From positions 25,721-89,720 of the forward strand of contig CAZJFL010000006.1 of NCBI GenBank assembly GCA_964545575.1: a stretch of 64,000 nucleotides of DNA. Reading direction: 5' to 3'. This stretch comes from an uncultured Planctomycetales bacterium. Its GTDB lineage: Bacteria > Omnitrophota > Gorgyraeia > Gygaellales > Profunditerraquicolaceae. Below, piece by piece: positions 49,992 through 59,828 of the stretch (position 1 is its first letter; each line of letters opens with the position of its first letter). The position numbers and the translations under genes are program-made. The notes beneath the pieces were generated by a model. The model saw nothing but the letters and a program-made list of their open reading frames with translations. It did no database searches and was not told the origin of the DNA.

Positions 49992-51080
49992 ATGCTATAT
50001 TATCTGCTCTACCCGTTACACGATCTAATTTCCGCTTTTAACGTCTTCCGTTATATTACTTTCCGCGCGGCCATGGCGGCAATCACCGCTTTTCTGATCA
50101 GCCTGATCTTCGGTCCCCTCCTGATTAGAAAGCTTAAACAACTAAAGATAGGAGAGAAGACTAGAAAAGAGGATAGTCCTACCCTGGATGATTTACACCG
50201 CCATAAACAAGATACCCCCACCATGGGCGGGATATTGATTTTGCTGGCGATTATCTCGGCTACGCTCTTATGGGCGGAAGTAACCAATAAATATATAATT
50301 ATTGCCCTCTTCGTTACTCTCTGGTTAGGCTTAACCGGCCTCTGTGATGATTATTTAAAACAGGTAAAAAAGAGGCCCAAGGGTTTAGCTGCCAGCGCTA
50401 AGCTTACCAGCCAGATCGTCTTAGGGCTGATTTTGGGCACGGTTTGTTTCTTAGACCCACAGAATATCACCAAAATTGACGTGCCGTTTTTAAAAGACGT
50501 ATCATTGGACCTCGGGATGTTCTACATATTATTTATTATCGTCGTGATCACCGGCGCATCAAATGCCGTGAACCTGACCGACGGCTTAGATGGCCTGGCC
50601 ATAGGCATAGTAGTGATGGTGGCTATAGCTTTTAGCGTATTAAGCTACGTCTCGGGCAATATCAAGTTTAGCAACTACCTCTTAATACCGTATCTAGCCG
50701 GAAGCGGAGAATTAACCGTATTTTGCTCTTCCATCATAGGAGCGGGGCTGGGTTTTTTATGGTTTAATTGTTATCCGGCATCTATCTTTATGGGCGATGT
50801 GGGGTCGCTGGGCTTAGGCGGGGCATTAGGGACGGTGGCGATATTACTTAAAAAAGAGTTGCTTTTAGTAATCGTAGGTGGGATATTTGTTCTGGAGGCC
50901 CTATCGGTGATTTTACAGGTCGCATCCTTCCGCCTCACCGGGAAGCGGATATTTAAAATCGCTCCCCTGCACCATCATTTTCAATTTCTGGGCTGGAACG
51001 AAAATAAGGTGATTGTCAGGTTCTGGATTGCGGCTAGCCTTCTAGCCCTACTTACATTGGTTACTTTGAAGATACGCTAG
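49992..51080 (+). CDS. mraY: Phospho-MurNAc-pentapeptide transferase
   Basis: TPTMGG, NLTDGLDG, APLHHH. Confidence 0.97.
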   Translation: MLYYLLYPLHDLISAFNVFRYITFRAAMAAITAFLISLIFGPLLIRKLKQLKIGEKTRKEDSPTLDDLHRHKQDTPTMGGILILLAIISATLLWAEVTNKYIIIALFVTLWLGLTGLCDDYLKQVKKRPKGLAASAKLTSQIVLGLILGTVCFLDPQNITKIDVPFLKDVSLDLGMFYILFIIVVITGASNAVNLTDGLDGLAIGIVVMVAIAFSVLSYVSGNIKFSNYLLIPYLAGSGELTVFCSSIIGAGLGFLWFNCYPASIFMGDVGSLGLGGALGTVAILLKKELLLVIVGGIFVLEALSVILQVASFRLTGKRIFKIAPLHHHFQFLGWNENKVIVRFWIAASLLALLTLVTLKIR

Positions 51081-51093
51081 TTTCATTTTTCCC

Positions 51094-52377
51094 ATGCGCA
51101 ACACCGCATATTTTAAGGATAAAAAAATCACCATAGTGGGGCTTGCCCGTTCGGGGCTGGCCTGCGCAAACCTGCTCGACGCTTTAGGCGCTAAGGTTAG
51201 TATTACCGACCAACAGGATAGCGATACCACGCGCGCCCATGCCGCAAAATTAAAATCAAAAGAGATAAAATTAGAATTAGGCCGGCACACCCAGGATTTT
51301 GTTCAGGGGCAGGACATGCTAGTGGTATCTCCGGGTGTCCCGTATGATGCCTTGCCGCTTGCCTGGGCAAGAGAGAAGAATATCCCGGTCATCAGCGAGA
51401 TAGAAGTGGGCTGGCGGCTATGTCCGGCGGTGGTCATTGCGGTCACCGGCTCAAACGGTAAAACCACGGTTACCACTCTGATCGGTAAAATATTAGCCGC
51501 CGCCGGTAAAAGGGTTTTTATCTTAGGTAATATCGGAAAGCCTTTTTGCGGGGAGTTAGAAAAGATACAAGAAGGCGATTTTGTATCCCTGGAAGTAAGT
51601 TCTTTTCAGCTGGAGACCATCGATAAGTTTAAGCCTAAGGTAGCGGTTATGCTGAACTTTAGCCCCAACCACTTAGACCGGCATAAGGATATGCGGGAAT
51701 ACCTAAAGGCCAAAAAGCGCATCTTTCTGAATCAGGACGCTTCTGATTATTTAGTTTTAAATAAGCGTGACCCCGCACTAAAGGATTTAGCCGGTCAGGC
51801 CCGCTCTAAAATCATTTATTTTGCAGAAAGCCAGAGTTTGAACCCTAATCAGGCCGCGGTTTTAGAGGTAGGTTCAATATTGGGCATCGACAAAGAAACG
51901 TGCCTGGAGGTATTCAGGACATTCAAGGGGGTCGAGCACCGCTTGGAATCAGTGGGTGAGATACAGGGGGTAGAGTTTATCAATGATTCCAAGAGCACGA
52001 ACGTGGAATCCACAGCCTGGGCGTTAGAGACGTTGAAAAAACCGGTGATACTGATTGCCGGAGGCAGGGATAAAAATCTTGATTACAGCGCAATTCTGGA
52101 TTTAGTGCAGAGAAGAGTAAAAAGTATTATTTTAATCGGCGAGGCAAAGGTAAAATTAAGGCAGGCCTTGGAGAGTTTCCCTTATTTAGAAGATGCCCCG
52201 ACATTAGAAGAGGCGTTAGAGTTAGCGCGCCGCAAGGCCTCGCACGGCGATTGCGTTTTGCTTTCTCCGATGTGCACAAGCTTCGATATGTTTCAGGATT
52301 TCGAAGACAGGGGCAGGGCTTTCAAAAAGGCAGTTTATAGCTTAATGACAAAGGAGAAGATTGATCCTAGTAATTAG
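51094..52377 (+). CDS. murD: MurD ligase
   Basis: GLARSG, GSNGKTT, NDSKSTN. Confidence 0.96.
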   Translation: MRNTAYFKDKKITIVGLARSGLACANLLDALGAKVSITDQQDSDTTRAHAAKLKSKEIKLELGRHTQDFVQGQDMLVVSPGVPYDALPLAWAREKNIPVISEIEVGWRLCPAVVIAVTGSNGKTTVTTLIGKILAAAGKRVFILGNIGKPFCGELEKIQEGDFVSLEVSSFQLETIDKFKPKVAVMLNFSPNHLDRHKDMREYLKAKKRIFLNQDASDYLVLNKRDPALKDLAGQARSKIIYFAESQSLNPNQAAVLEVGSILGIDKETCLEVFRTFKGVEHRLESVGEIQGVEFINDSKSTNVESTAWALETLKKPVILIAGGRDKNLDYSAILDLVQRRVKSIILIGEAKVKLRQALESFPYLEDAPTLEEALELARRKASHGDCVLLSPMCTSFDMFQDFEDRGRAFKKAVYSLMTKEKIDPSN

Positions 52378-52449
52378 TACGCCAGTAACTAGTAACTGGT
52401 AATCTTTTTAAAAATTACTAGTTACAAGTTACTAGTTTACCAGTTACTA
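52368..52449. repeat. Inverted heptamer arrays (TAGTAAC / GTTACTA)
   Basis: About 5 units facing about 5 complementary units between murD and ftsW. Confidence 0.85.
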
Positions 52450-52479
52450 AAATTGTGGTTATAATTTTGAGTTTTAAGT

Positions 52480-53574
52480 ATGGCTCGCAATACCAGGATA
52501 AACCTGTTTACAGTCACGGTAATTTTAATCTGTATTGGTATCGTGATGATCTATAGCGCCTCCAGCATCTACGCCTGGGAAAGGTATCAGGACAGCGCAT
52601 TTTTCTTAAAAAGGCACATCCTGTTTTTGGCGATAGGAATAGTGCTTACTTTTCTGGTGATGAGCATTGATTATAAAGTCTTCAGAAAGTTCTCCCGGCC
52701 GCTTTTATTTATTTCTTTCTTTTTGCTGGCCTTAGTTTTAATCCCCGGCATCGGCAGGGAAGTCTCCGGGGCAAGGCGGTGGTTCAGGTTTAAGGTCATC
52801 AGTTTCCAGCCGTCAGAATTAGCAAACCTGGCAGTGATCATTTATGTCGCGGATTTTATCGCCCGCAAGGGCAATCTCATTAAAACATTTCTGAAGGGCT
52901 TTCTGCCGCCGCTATTAATCTTAGGGGCGGCGGCGCTCTTGATTCTTATCCAGCCGGACTTAGGCACGGTAATGGCTATGGGAATAGTGGTATTTATTAT
53001 GCTTTTTGTCGCGGGGGCGCGCGTATCGTATCTAGCCTCGGTAATATTAGCCAGCCTTCCGGCGCTTTATCTTTTGATCTTTCGGGTTCCTTACCGCCGG
53101 ATGCGCATCATGGCTTTTTTAAATCCTTGGGTAGACCCGCGGGGGAGCGGTTTTCAGATTATCCAGTCGCAGATCGCCTTGGGCTCAGGAGGGATGTTCG
53201 GGGTGGGCCTGGGGCATTCCATGCAAAAACTTTTTTATTTACCCGCAGCGCATACGGATTTTATTTTTTCCATTATCGGAGAAGAATTGGGTTTGGGCGG
53301 GACCATCGCGGTGATTATCTTGTTTGTTATCCTGATCCTGGAAGGGCTGAAGGTAGTCAAGAATGCCCCGGATAAGTTCGGTTATTTTTTAGCCTTGGGC
53401 CTGGTTTCTATGATTTCTATCAAGGCAATCATCAATATCGGAGTTTCCTGCGGCCTGCTGCCTACTAAAGGCCTGCCGCTTCCTTTTATCAGTTACGGCG
53501 GTTCTTCCTTTATCTTTGATTTGGTTAGCGTAGGGATCCTGATGAATATCGCCCGCACCGGAGAATATCCATGA
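52480..53574 (+). CDS. ftsW: SEDS peptidoglycan polymerase FtsW
   Basis: FQPSE, QPDLGT, HTDFIF, LPFISYGGS. Confidence 0.95.
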   Translation: MARNTRINLFTVTVILICIGIVMIYSASSIYAWERYQDSAFFLKRHILFLAIGIVLTFLVMSIDYKVFRKFSRPLLFISFFLLALVLIPGIGREVSGARRWFRFKVISFQPSELANLAVIIYVADFIARKGNLIKTFLKGFLPPLLILGAAALLILIQPDLGTVMAMGIVVFIMLFVAGARVSYLASVILASLPALYLLIFRVPYRRMRIMAFLNPWVDPRGSGFQIIQSQIALGSGGMFGVGLGHSMQKLFYLPAAHTDFIFSIIGEELGLGGTIAVIILFVILILEGLKVVKNAPDKFGYFLALGLVSMISIKAIINIGVSCGLLPTKGLPLPFISYGGSSFIFDLVSVGILMNIARTGEYP

Positions 53575-54656
53575 GAATCCTGGTTGTCACCGGCGCAAGC
53601 GGCGGACATATTTTTCCCGCCATAGCTTTCCTGGAAAACCTGAAAACCAGGCTTGCCGATGCAGAAACGCTTTTACTCCTGCCCAGAAATAACGCGGCAA
53701 GAGGCATAGATGCCAAAGTTTTAAAAGTAAGTTATATTTCCATCACCGCTGTTAAGGCCGCATTCACTTTTAAAAATATTGCCGCGCTATATAATTTCTG
53801 CAAAGGGTCTCTGGAGACTTTCTTTATTATCTTAGAGTTTCGTCCGGATAGGGTGGTGGGATTCGGCAGCCTCGCTTCTATCCCGGCAATTTTATTGGCC
53901 TGGCTTTTCCGGACCAAGAGCGTAATCCATGAGCAGAATGTGATACCGGGCTGGGCAAACAGGTTGTTGGGGGTATTCGCGGATAAAATCGCCGTTTCCT
54001 TTGCTAAAACCGGGGAATATTTTCCCCGCTATAAAAATAAAGTGGTGCTCACCGGCAATCCGTTGCGCAGGGGATTAGCCCGGGTAGAAAAGAAAACGGC
54101 GCGGGATTTTTTCCAGCTCAATCCCGATAGATTTACCATTTTAGCCATCGGCGGCAGCCAGGGGAGCAGCAGCATAAATGCGGGGTTCTTTAAAGCCGTG
54201 TCCGCGCTATCGGATAAGTTTGACTTTCAGGTAATTCATATCGCGGGAGAGAAAGATTATCTTTTGCTAAAGGATGCTTACCAGGGCTTAAAGATAGAGC
54301 ATCGGATTTTCGGCTTCTTTGAGGCGATGCAATACGCTTATAGCGCAAGCGACCTGGCGGTATCCCGCGCCGGAGCTACCAGCATTGCGGAGTTGATATT
54401 TTTTAGGGTACCGGCAATAATTTCCCCGTACCCTTATGCCTGGCAGCATCAGGTGGCTAACGCCGAAATTTTAAGGAATGCCGGCGCTGCCGTTATCGTC
54501 GAGGATGAGGAACTCGCTGGAGATAAGTTAGCGCAAAATATAGCTAGCTTGATGAGTAACCGCGGGAAGCTAGACCAGATGCGTTCTGCCTACGCGGATA
54601 TTTTGCTGCCGCAGGCAGAGGATTTGTTGGTTCAGGAAATTATAACTTTGAATTGA
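53571..54656 (+). CDS. murG: MurG glycosyltransferase
   Basis: GGHIFP, HEQN, GGSQG, SRAGA. Confidence 0.96.
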   Translation: MRILVVTGASGGHIFPAIAFLENLKTRLADAETLLLLPRNNAARGIDAKVLKVSYISITAVKAAFTFKNIAALYNFCKGSLETFFIILEFRPDRVVGFGSLASIPAILLAWLFRTKSVIHEQNVIPGWANRLLGVFADKIAVSFAKTGEYFPRYKNKVVLTGNPLRRGLARVEKKTARDFFQLNPDRFTILAIGGSQGSSSINAGFFKAVSALSDKFDFQVIHIAGEKDYLLLKDAYQGLKIEHRIFGFFEAMQYAYSASDLAVSRAGATSIAELIFFRVPAIISPYPYAWQHQVANAEILRNAGAAVIVEDEELAGDKLAQNIASLMSNRGKLDQMRSAYADILLPQAEDLLVQEIITLN

Positions 54657-54666
54657 GAGTCAGGGA

Positions 54667-56034
54667 ATGGCCAAACATTATCATTTTATAGGTATCGGGG
54701 GGATCGGCATGAGCGGCATCGCGCATTTGTTCCTCAGGCGCGGCCTAAAGGTAAGCGGCTCTGACCTGAAAAAGACCGAAATCACAGACGGGTTAGAAAA
54801 GTCGGGGGCAGAGATTCACTTCGGCCATGACGGCTTAAATACGCGCGGCGCAGAGGTAATTATCTATTCTTCCGCTATCAAAGAAGATAATCCCGAGATG
54901 ATCGCGGCAAAGAAAGCGGGTTTGCCTTTGCTAAAGAGGGCAGAGGCGCTGGCACAACTGATGCAGGACAGAATCGGCATTACCGTTACCGGCAGCCACG
55001 GCAAGACCACTACCACGTCCCTGGTATCTTATCTATTACTGGAAACGGGGCTCTCGCCCACCGTAGTAATAGGCGGGATACTCAAAAATATAGATAGCAA
55101 CGCCTCTTCCGGGGAGGGTAAGTTTTTTGTCGCCGAGGCAGATGAATCTGACGGCTCGTTCCTTTGTTACCGGCCGAAATACTCCATCATTACCAATATC
55201 GACTATGAGCACTTGGATTATTATCAGAATTTCGAGAATCAGTTAGCCGCTTTTGGCGAGTTCATCAGGAGGACCGATCAGGAGGGTTGTGTTTTTGCTT
55301 GTAGCGATGATGCGAATCTAAAGAAAATATTAGGTGCATATAAAAATAGATATCTGCTATTCGGTTTAAAAGAAGGCGCACAGATTTACCCCCGGAACAT
55401 AAAAATTCAGGGTCTTGCCTGCGACTTCGATTGCTATTATCGGGATAGATTTATTCAGAGATTCCATTTGGCCTTAGGCGGGATGCATAATGTTTCTAAT
55501 GCCCTGGCGGTGATTGCTCTGGGGATGGAACTTAAGATAGGCCTAGGCCTGATACAAAAGGCGCTGGCTAATTACCCCGGCGCCCGCCGCAGGATAGATG
55601 TAAAGTTAAAGGATCAAGATTATCTGATCATCGACGATTATGCGCATCATCCTACGGAGATAAAGGCTACACTTGCCGCAGTCAGGAATTTAGGGCCGCG
55701 GCGGTTAATCGCAATATTCCAGCCGCACCGCTACACGCGCACAAAGTTGCTTTTGGATGAGTTCGGCAGGAGCTTTGACCTGGCCGATTACGTAGTGATC
55801 ACGGACATCTATCCTGCCGGCGAACCCCCCATCGCGGGAATTACGGCGAAGTTAATTTATGATAGAATAAGGCTAAACCATCCGGATAAAAAAATATACT
55901 ATCTGCCTAAAGAGGAAATTTTAGAGCATATCGCTGGAAATATACGCTCCGGTGACTTAGTAATTACTTTGGGAGCCGGAGATATTGTCAAGACTAACGA
56001 TGCATTGGTGGAAAAGCTTAAAAGGAAAAGTTAA
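54667..56034 (+). CDS. murC: MurC ligase
   Basis: GIGGIGMS, HGKTTT, DDYAHHP. Confidence 0.97.
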   Translation: MAKHYHFIGIGGIGMSGIAHLFLRRGLKVSGSDLKKTEITDGLEKSGAEIHFGHDGLNTRGAEVIIYSSAIKEDNPEMIAAKKAGLPLLKRAEALAQLMQDRIGITVTGSHGKTTTTSLVSYLLLETGLSPTVVIGGILKNIDSNASSGEGKFFVAEADESDGSFLCYRPKYSIITNIDYEHLDYYQNFENQLAAFGEFIRRTDQEGCVFACSDDANLKKILGAYKNRYLLFGLKEGAQIYPRNIKIQGLACDFDCYYRDRFIQRFHLALGGMHNVSNALAVIALGMELKIGLGLIQKALANYPGARRRIDVKLKDQDYLIIDDYAHHPTEIKATLAAVRNLGPRRLIAIFQPHRYTRTKLLLDEFGRSFDLADYVVITDIYPAGEPPIAGITAKLIYDRIRLNHPDKKIYYLPKEEILEHIAGNIRSGDLVITLGAGDIVKTNDALVEKLKRKS

Positions 56035-56881
56035 AACAAGAGAGCCGCTTAGAGACCACACCACTTTTAAAATCGGCGGGCCGGCCAGGTTTTTTGTCGA
56101 GCCAAAGGACATCCGGGATTTAAGGTTATTGCTGTATTTTAAAAAAAGATATAAACTGCCGATTTTTATACTGGGCGCCGGAAGCAATATTTTGGCAGGG
56201 GATAAAGGAGTAAAAGGCGTAGTTTTACATCTGGGTTCTCTGTATTTTAAGCGGGTCTTTTTCCGTAATAATTTTATAGAGGCGGGAAGCGCAGTATTGT
56301 TAAGCCGGGCTATCCGTTTATCCGGCGAACGCGGCTTATCGGGGCTGGAATATCTGGCCGGTATTCCCGGTAGCATCGCAGGGGCGTTGGCAATGAATGC
56401 GGCGGTGGCGGATAAAGCAATCGCGGATTTGGTGGAAAATGTCACGGTTATGGATTATAATGGTAAGGTCAAGGTTTTGCATAAAAAAGACCTTAGGTTC
56501 GGGTACCGTAAATCCAATTTGACAAAATACCTGATTTTAAGCGTCTGCCTGAAGCTGGCCAGAAAAAATAAGCGCAGGATTCAAGAAGAAGCTATGCGGC
56601 GTCTTCGCCGCCGCTGGCTGACGCAGGATTTATCTCTTCCCTCTGCGGGCTGCGTTTTTAGAAACCCAAAGCATGATTCCGCCGGCAGGCTGATAGACTT
56701 ATGTGGTTTAAAGGGCAAAGTAGCGGGTGGCGCGGCTATTTCCTTAAAGCACGCTAATTTTATAGTCAACGCCGGGCGTGCCCGGGCAAAAGACGTGCTG
56801 CGCTTGATGGATTTAGCTAAAAAAGAAGTAAGGAAAAAATTCGGCATCATATTAGAGCCGGAAATAAAAATATGGAAATAA
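56000..56881 (+). CDS. murB: UDP-MurNAc dehydrogenase
   Basis: TTFKIGG, GAGSN, SAGCVFRNP, HANF. Confidence 0.96.
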   Translation: MHWWKSLKGKVKTREPLRDHTTFKIGGPARFFVEPKDIRDLRLLLYFKKRYKLPIFILGAGSNILAGDKGVKGVVLHLGSLYFKRVFFRNNFIEAGSAVLLSRAIRLSGERGLSGLEYLAGIPGSIAGALAMNAAVADKAIADLVENVTVMDYNGKVKVLHKKDLRFGYRKSNLTKYLILSVCLKLARKNKRRIQEEAMRRLRRRWLTQDLSLPSAGCVFRNPKHDSAGRLIDLCGLKGKVAGGAAISLKHANFIVNAGRARAKDVLRLMDLAKKEVRKKFGIILEPEIKIWK

Positions 56882-57822
56882 AGACAGGCAGAATCGGCGT
56901 TTTAATGGGCGGTCCTTCCAGCGAAAGGGAGATTTCTTTAAAATCCGGAAAGGCGGTTTACGCCGCCTTAAGGAAGATGGGTGTTGACGCCGTCGCTATT
57001 GATATAACCACCGGCGATACCGAGGGCAATATCCGCCTGATAAAATCGCAAGATATAGACTGCGCCTTTATCGCCCTGCACGGATTTTTCGGAGAGGACG
57101 GCAAGATCCAGTCTATTTTAGATGCGCTCTTGATTCCCTATACCGGTTCGGGAAAATCAGCCAGTATGCTGGCGATGGATAAAGTGGCTGCGCGTAAAAT
57201 CATCGCTGCCAGGGGATTATCCGTTCCCAGGTATAAAGTCGTCCAAAAATGCTCCGACGGAGAAAATCTTACCCGCCAGATACACTTTGCTTTACCCTGG
57301 GTGATAAAACCAATCGGCCACGGCTCTAGCGTAGGCTTATCGATCATAGATGAAAGGAGAGATTTAAGCCGGGCATTAAAAATTGCTTTTGCCTATGACG
57401 ACGCACTGGTAGAAGAGTATATAAAAGGAAGGGAAGTTACCGTGGGCATATTAGGCGATGTTGCCCTGCCGGTGATAGAAATCGTACCGAAGAACAGATT
57501 TTTTGACTATCAGGCTAAATATACCCCCGGCATGACCGATTATATTCTGCCGGCAAAACTTCCGGAGCATGTTGCCGCCAGGATTCAGGATGCAGCCTTG
57601 TCTGCGCATCAGGCACTCGGTTGTTCGGGCTGCTCAAGAGTGGATATGATTCTGGATAAAACCGATACCCCTTTTGTGCTGGAGCTCAATTCTATACCCG
57701 GTTTTACCGAGACGAGCCTGCTGCCTAAGGCGGCCGGGATTACCGGTATCGAATTTGGCGAACTCTGCCTTAAACTAATCAGATTGGCATATGAAAAAGC
57801 AGAAGCCCCGCTTCCCCGTTAG
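56872..57822 (+). CDS. ddl: D-alanine--D-alanine ligase
   Basis: GGPSSEREISL, LHG..GEDG, ELNSIPG. Confidence 0.97.
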   Translation: MEIKTGRIGVLMGGPSSEREISLKSGKAVYAALRKMGVDAVAIDITTGDTEGNIRLIKSQDIDCAFIALHGFFGEDGKIQSILDALLIPYTGSGKSASMLAMDKVAARKIIAARGLSVPRYKVVQKCSDGENLTRQIHFALPWVIKPIGHGSSVGLSIIDERRDLSRALKIAFAYDDALVEEYIKGREVTVGILGDVALPVIEIVPKNRFFDYQAKYTPGMTDYILPAKLPEHVAARIQDAALSAHQALGCSGCSRVDMILDKTDTPFVLELNSIPGFTETSLLPKAAGITGIEFGELCLKLIRLAYEKAEAPLPR

Positions 57823-58528
57823 GCTGATCTTTGCCATAGCAATATTTTTCCTTCTGCCGGTCTTTACACTCATCTTTCTCTGGCATGTCTTAACCAATAT
57901 GAGCTATTTTAAGGTTAAGGACGTGCTCATGGTTAGCGACGGGAAGGTAACAGAACTTTCTTACTTAAGAGGCCGCAACATCTGGTCGCTGGATTTAGAG
58001 AGAGAGTCGAGGATTTTATCCGCAGTAAATCCGAATTATAAAAGGGTAAAGTTGATCCGGGTTTTGCCTAACCGGATTCTGGCGGTTTTTGAAAAACGCC
58101 AGGCGCTGGCGTATCTAAAACTCTATCGCTATTTTTACGTGGATAATCAGCGTGTCCTCTTTGATGCCGCGGAACCCCTGGACCTGCCGGTGATATCGGG
58201 CTTGGGCTCCAAGTTAGTTGATCCGCGTACGGGGGTAAAATATGACGCCAGAGAATTGATGCTGGCCCTGAATATAATCAAGGCATTTAAAAGTATCAAG
58301 CCCTTAAACGCATTCAAGATAGAAAGAATAGACGTAGCTAACCCCGCCGAGGCCGCATTTTTTCTTTCCGCGGGGCCAGAGGTAAAGATCGGGCAGGAGG
58401 AGATTAAAAATAAGCTGAATATACTGGCCAGTTTGCTTCTGCAATCCTATAAAGACCTGGCTGATATTAAATATATTGACTTGAGATTCAGGGAACCGGT
58501 GGTAAAATTAAAAGATGCTAAACGATAA
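57791..58528 (+). CDS. ftsQ: FtsQ/DivIB family protein
   Basis: TM, POTRA-like region, YIDLRF. Confidence 0.85.
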   Translation: MKKQKPRFPVRLIFAIAIFFLLPVFTLIFLWHVLTNMSYFKVKDVLMVSDGKVTELSYLRGRNIWSLDLERESRILSAVNPNYKRVKLIRVLPNRILAVFEKRQALAYLKLYRYFYVDNQRVLFDAAEPLDLPVISGLGSKLVDPRTGVKYDARELMLALNIIKAFKSIKPLNAFKIERIDVANPAEAAFFLSAGPEVKIGQEEIKNKLNILASLLLQSYKDLADIKYIDLRFREPVVKLKDAKR

Positions 58529-59771
58529 TTATATCTGCGCCTTAGATATCAGTTCTTCCAAGATCGCCGCTACGCTCGCCCAGCTTAAAGGCAGGCGTAT
58601 CAACAGGCTATTTTTTGATACGCTGCCCTCCAAAGGCATTAAGCGGGGCATAGTATTAAACTGCCCAGACTTAATCAGCGGCTTAAGCGGTTTTTTAAAA
58701 AGTTTAAAAGCCAAATCCGGCGTAAATATAAAATATGTATATACGAATATATCGGGGCAGGATATTATCACCAAGCACAGCCGCGCCATCATTCCGCTTA
58801 CCGAGAGGGGCAATAAAGTCATCACCCAATCAGACATAGACAAGGTCAATGAACAGGCGCGGATACTCGGCTCCAGCCTTGAAGAAGAAATAATACACTC
58901 CGTGCCTTTCGGCTACGCCATAGACTCCCAGAATAGTATTTTAAATCCCTTAGGTTTGTATAGCCACCGTCTGGAGTCGGACTTATACCTGGTCTGTGTC
59001 AAGTTGCCCTCCGTACAGACTCTCACCCGGGCAATAAATCAGGCAGGTTTCGAGATCAAGAACTTGTTTTACTCAGGGGTAGCTACCAGCGCCGCCTTAT
59101 TTAATAAAGAGGCGCAGGCAGGCGTCAATGTCATCTGCGATATCGGCAGCGATATTACCGACCTCTTGGTATTTAAGGACGGAGTGCTCAGGAATATCGA
59201 GGTATTGCCGCTGGGTAGCGATGATTTGACCTTGCAGCTGGAGGATACTTTAAAGATACCCTTTGAGTTAGCAGAAGACCTGAAAAAATCTTACGCCAGT
59301 ATCGGCGATTATAACCAGATACAGGAAGACAGGGAAGTCCTGATCAAGAGGAATAACCTCTATAAGCCGATAAAGCAAAAAATGATTTCCGAGATAGTAA
59401 CTGTTAGAGCCAGGCTTATCTGCCAGGGTATCAAAGAGCGGCTGGAAAATATCGTTTCCCCGGAGGAGGTAGATAATTTTACGGCGGTGGGCAGGTCGGT
59501 GCTGCTGGAAGGGTTTCTAGAGGCTTTGGAAAATAGCCTCGGCCTTCCGGTGAAATTGGGCCGGATTTCCCATCCCGATATATTTCCTTCGCTTGATAAA
59601 TACGATGCCGTTGCCGGGCAGAGATACCTTACTTATCTGGTTTCTTTAGGCATTGTCTGCCAAGCCCTGCATGAAGAAAGGCCATGGCCCCTATCGCTTA
59701 GTCAGCCCGCCGGTAATCCCATCTTAAAGGTAATCAATAAAGTAAAGGAAGTATATCAGGAATACTTTTAA
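58515..59771 (+). CDS. ftsA: FtsA (divergent)
   Basis: LDISSSKI, DIGSDITD, AEDLKK; follows ftsQ. Confidence 0.85.
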   Translation: MLNDNYICALDISSSKIAATLAQLKGRRINRLFFDTLPSKGIKRGIVLNCPDLISGLSGFLKSLKAKSGVNIKYVYTNISGQDIITKHSRAIIPLTERGNKVITQSDIDKVNEQARILGSSLEEEIIHSVPFGYAIDSQNSILNPLGLYSHRLESDLYLVCVKLPSVQTLTRAINQAGFEIKNLFYSGVATSAALFNKEAQAGVNVICDIGSDITDLLVFKDGVLRNIEVLPLGSDDLTLQLEDTLKIPFELAEDLKKSYASIGDYNQIQEDREVLIKRNNLYKPIKQKMISEIVTVRARLICQGIKERLENIVSPEEVDNFTAVGRSVLLEGFLEALENSLGLPVKLGRISHPDIFPSLDKYDAVAGQRYLTYLVSLGIVCQALHEERPWPLSLSQPAGNPILKVINKVKEVYQEYF

Positions 59772-59828
59772 TTGACCCACCGCTTTTCTGGTGTATAATA
59801 TTTTCGTCTTAAAAGGGCGCATAAATTG

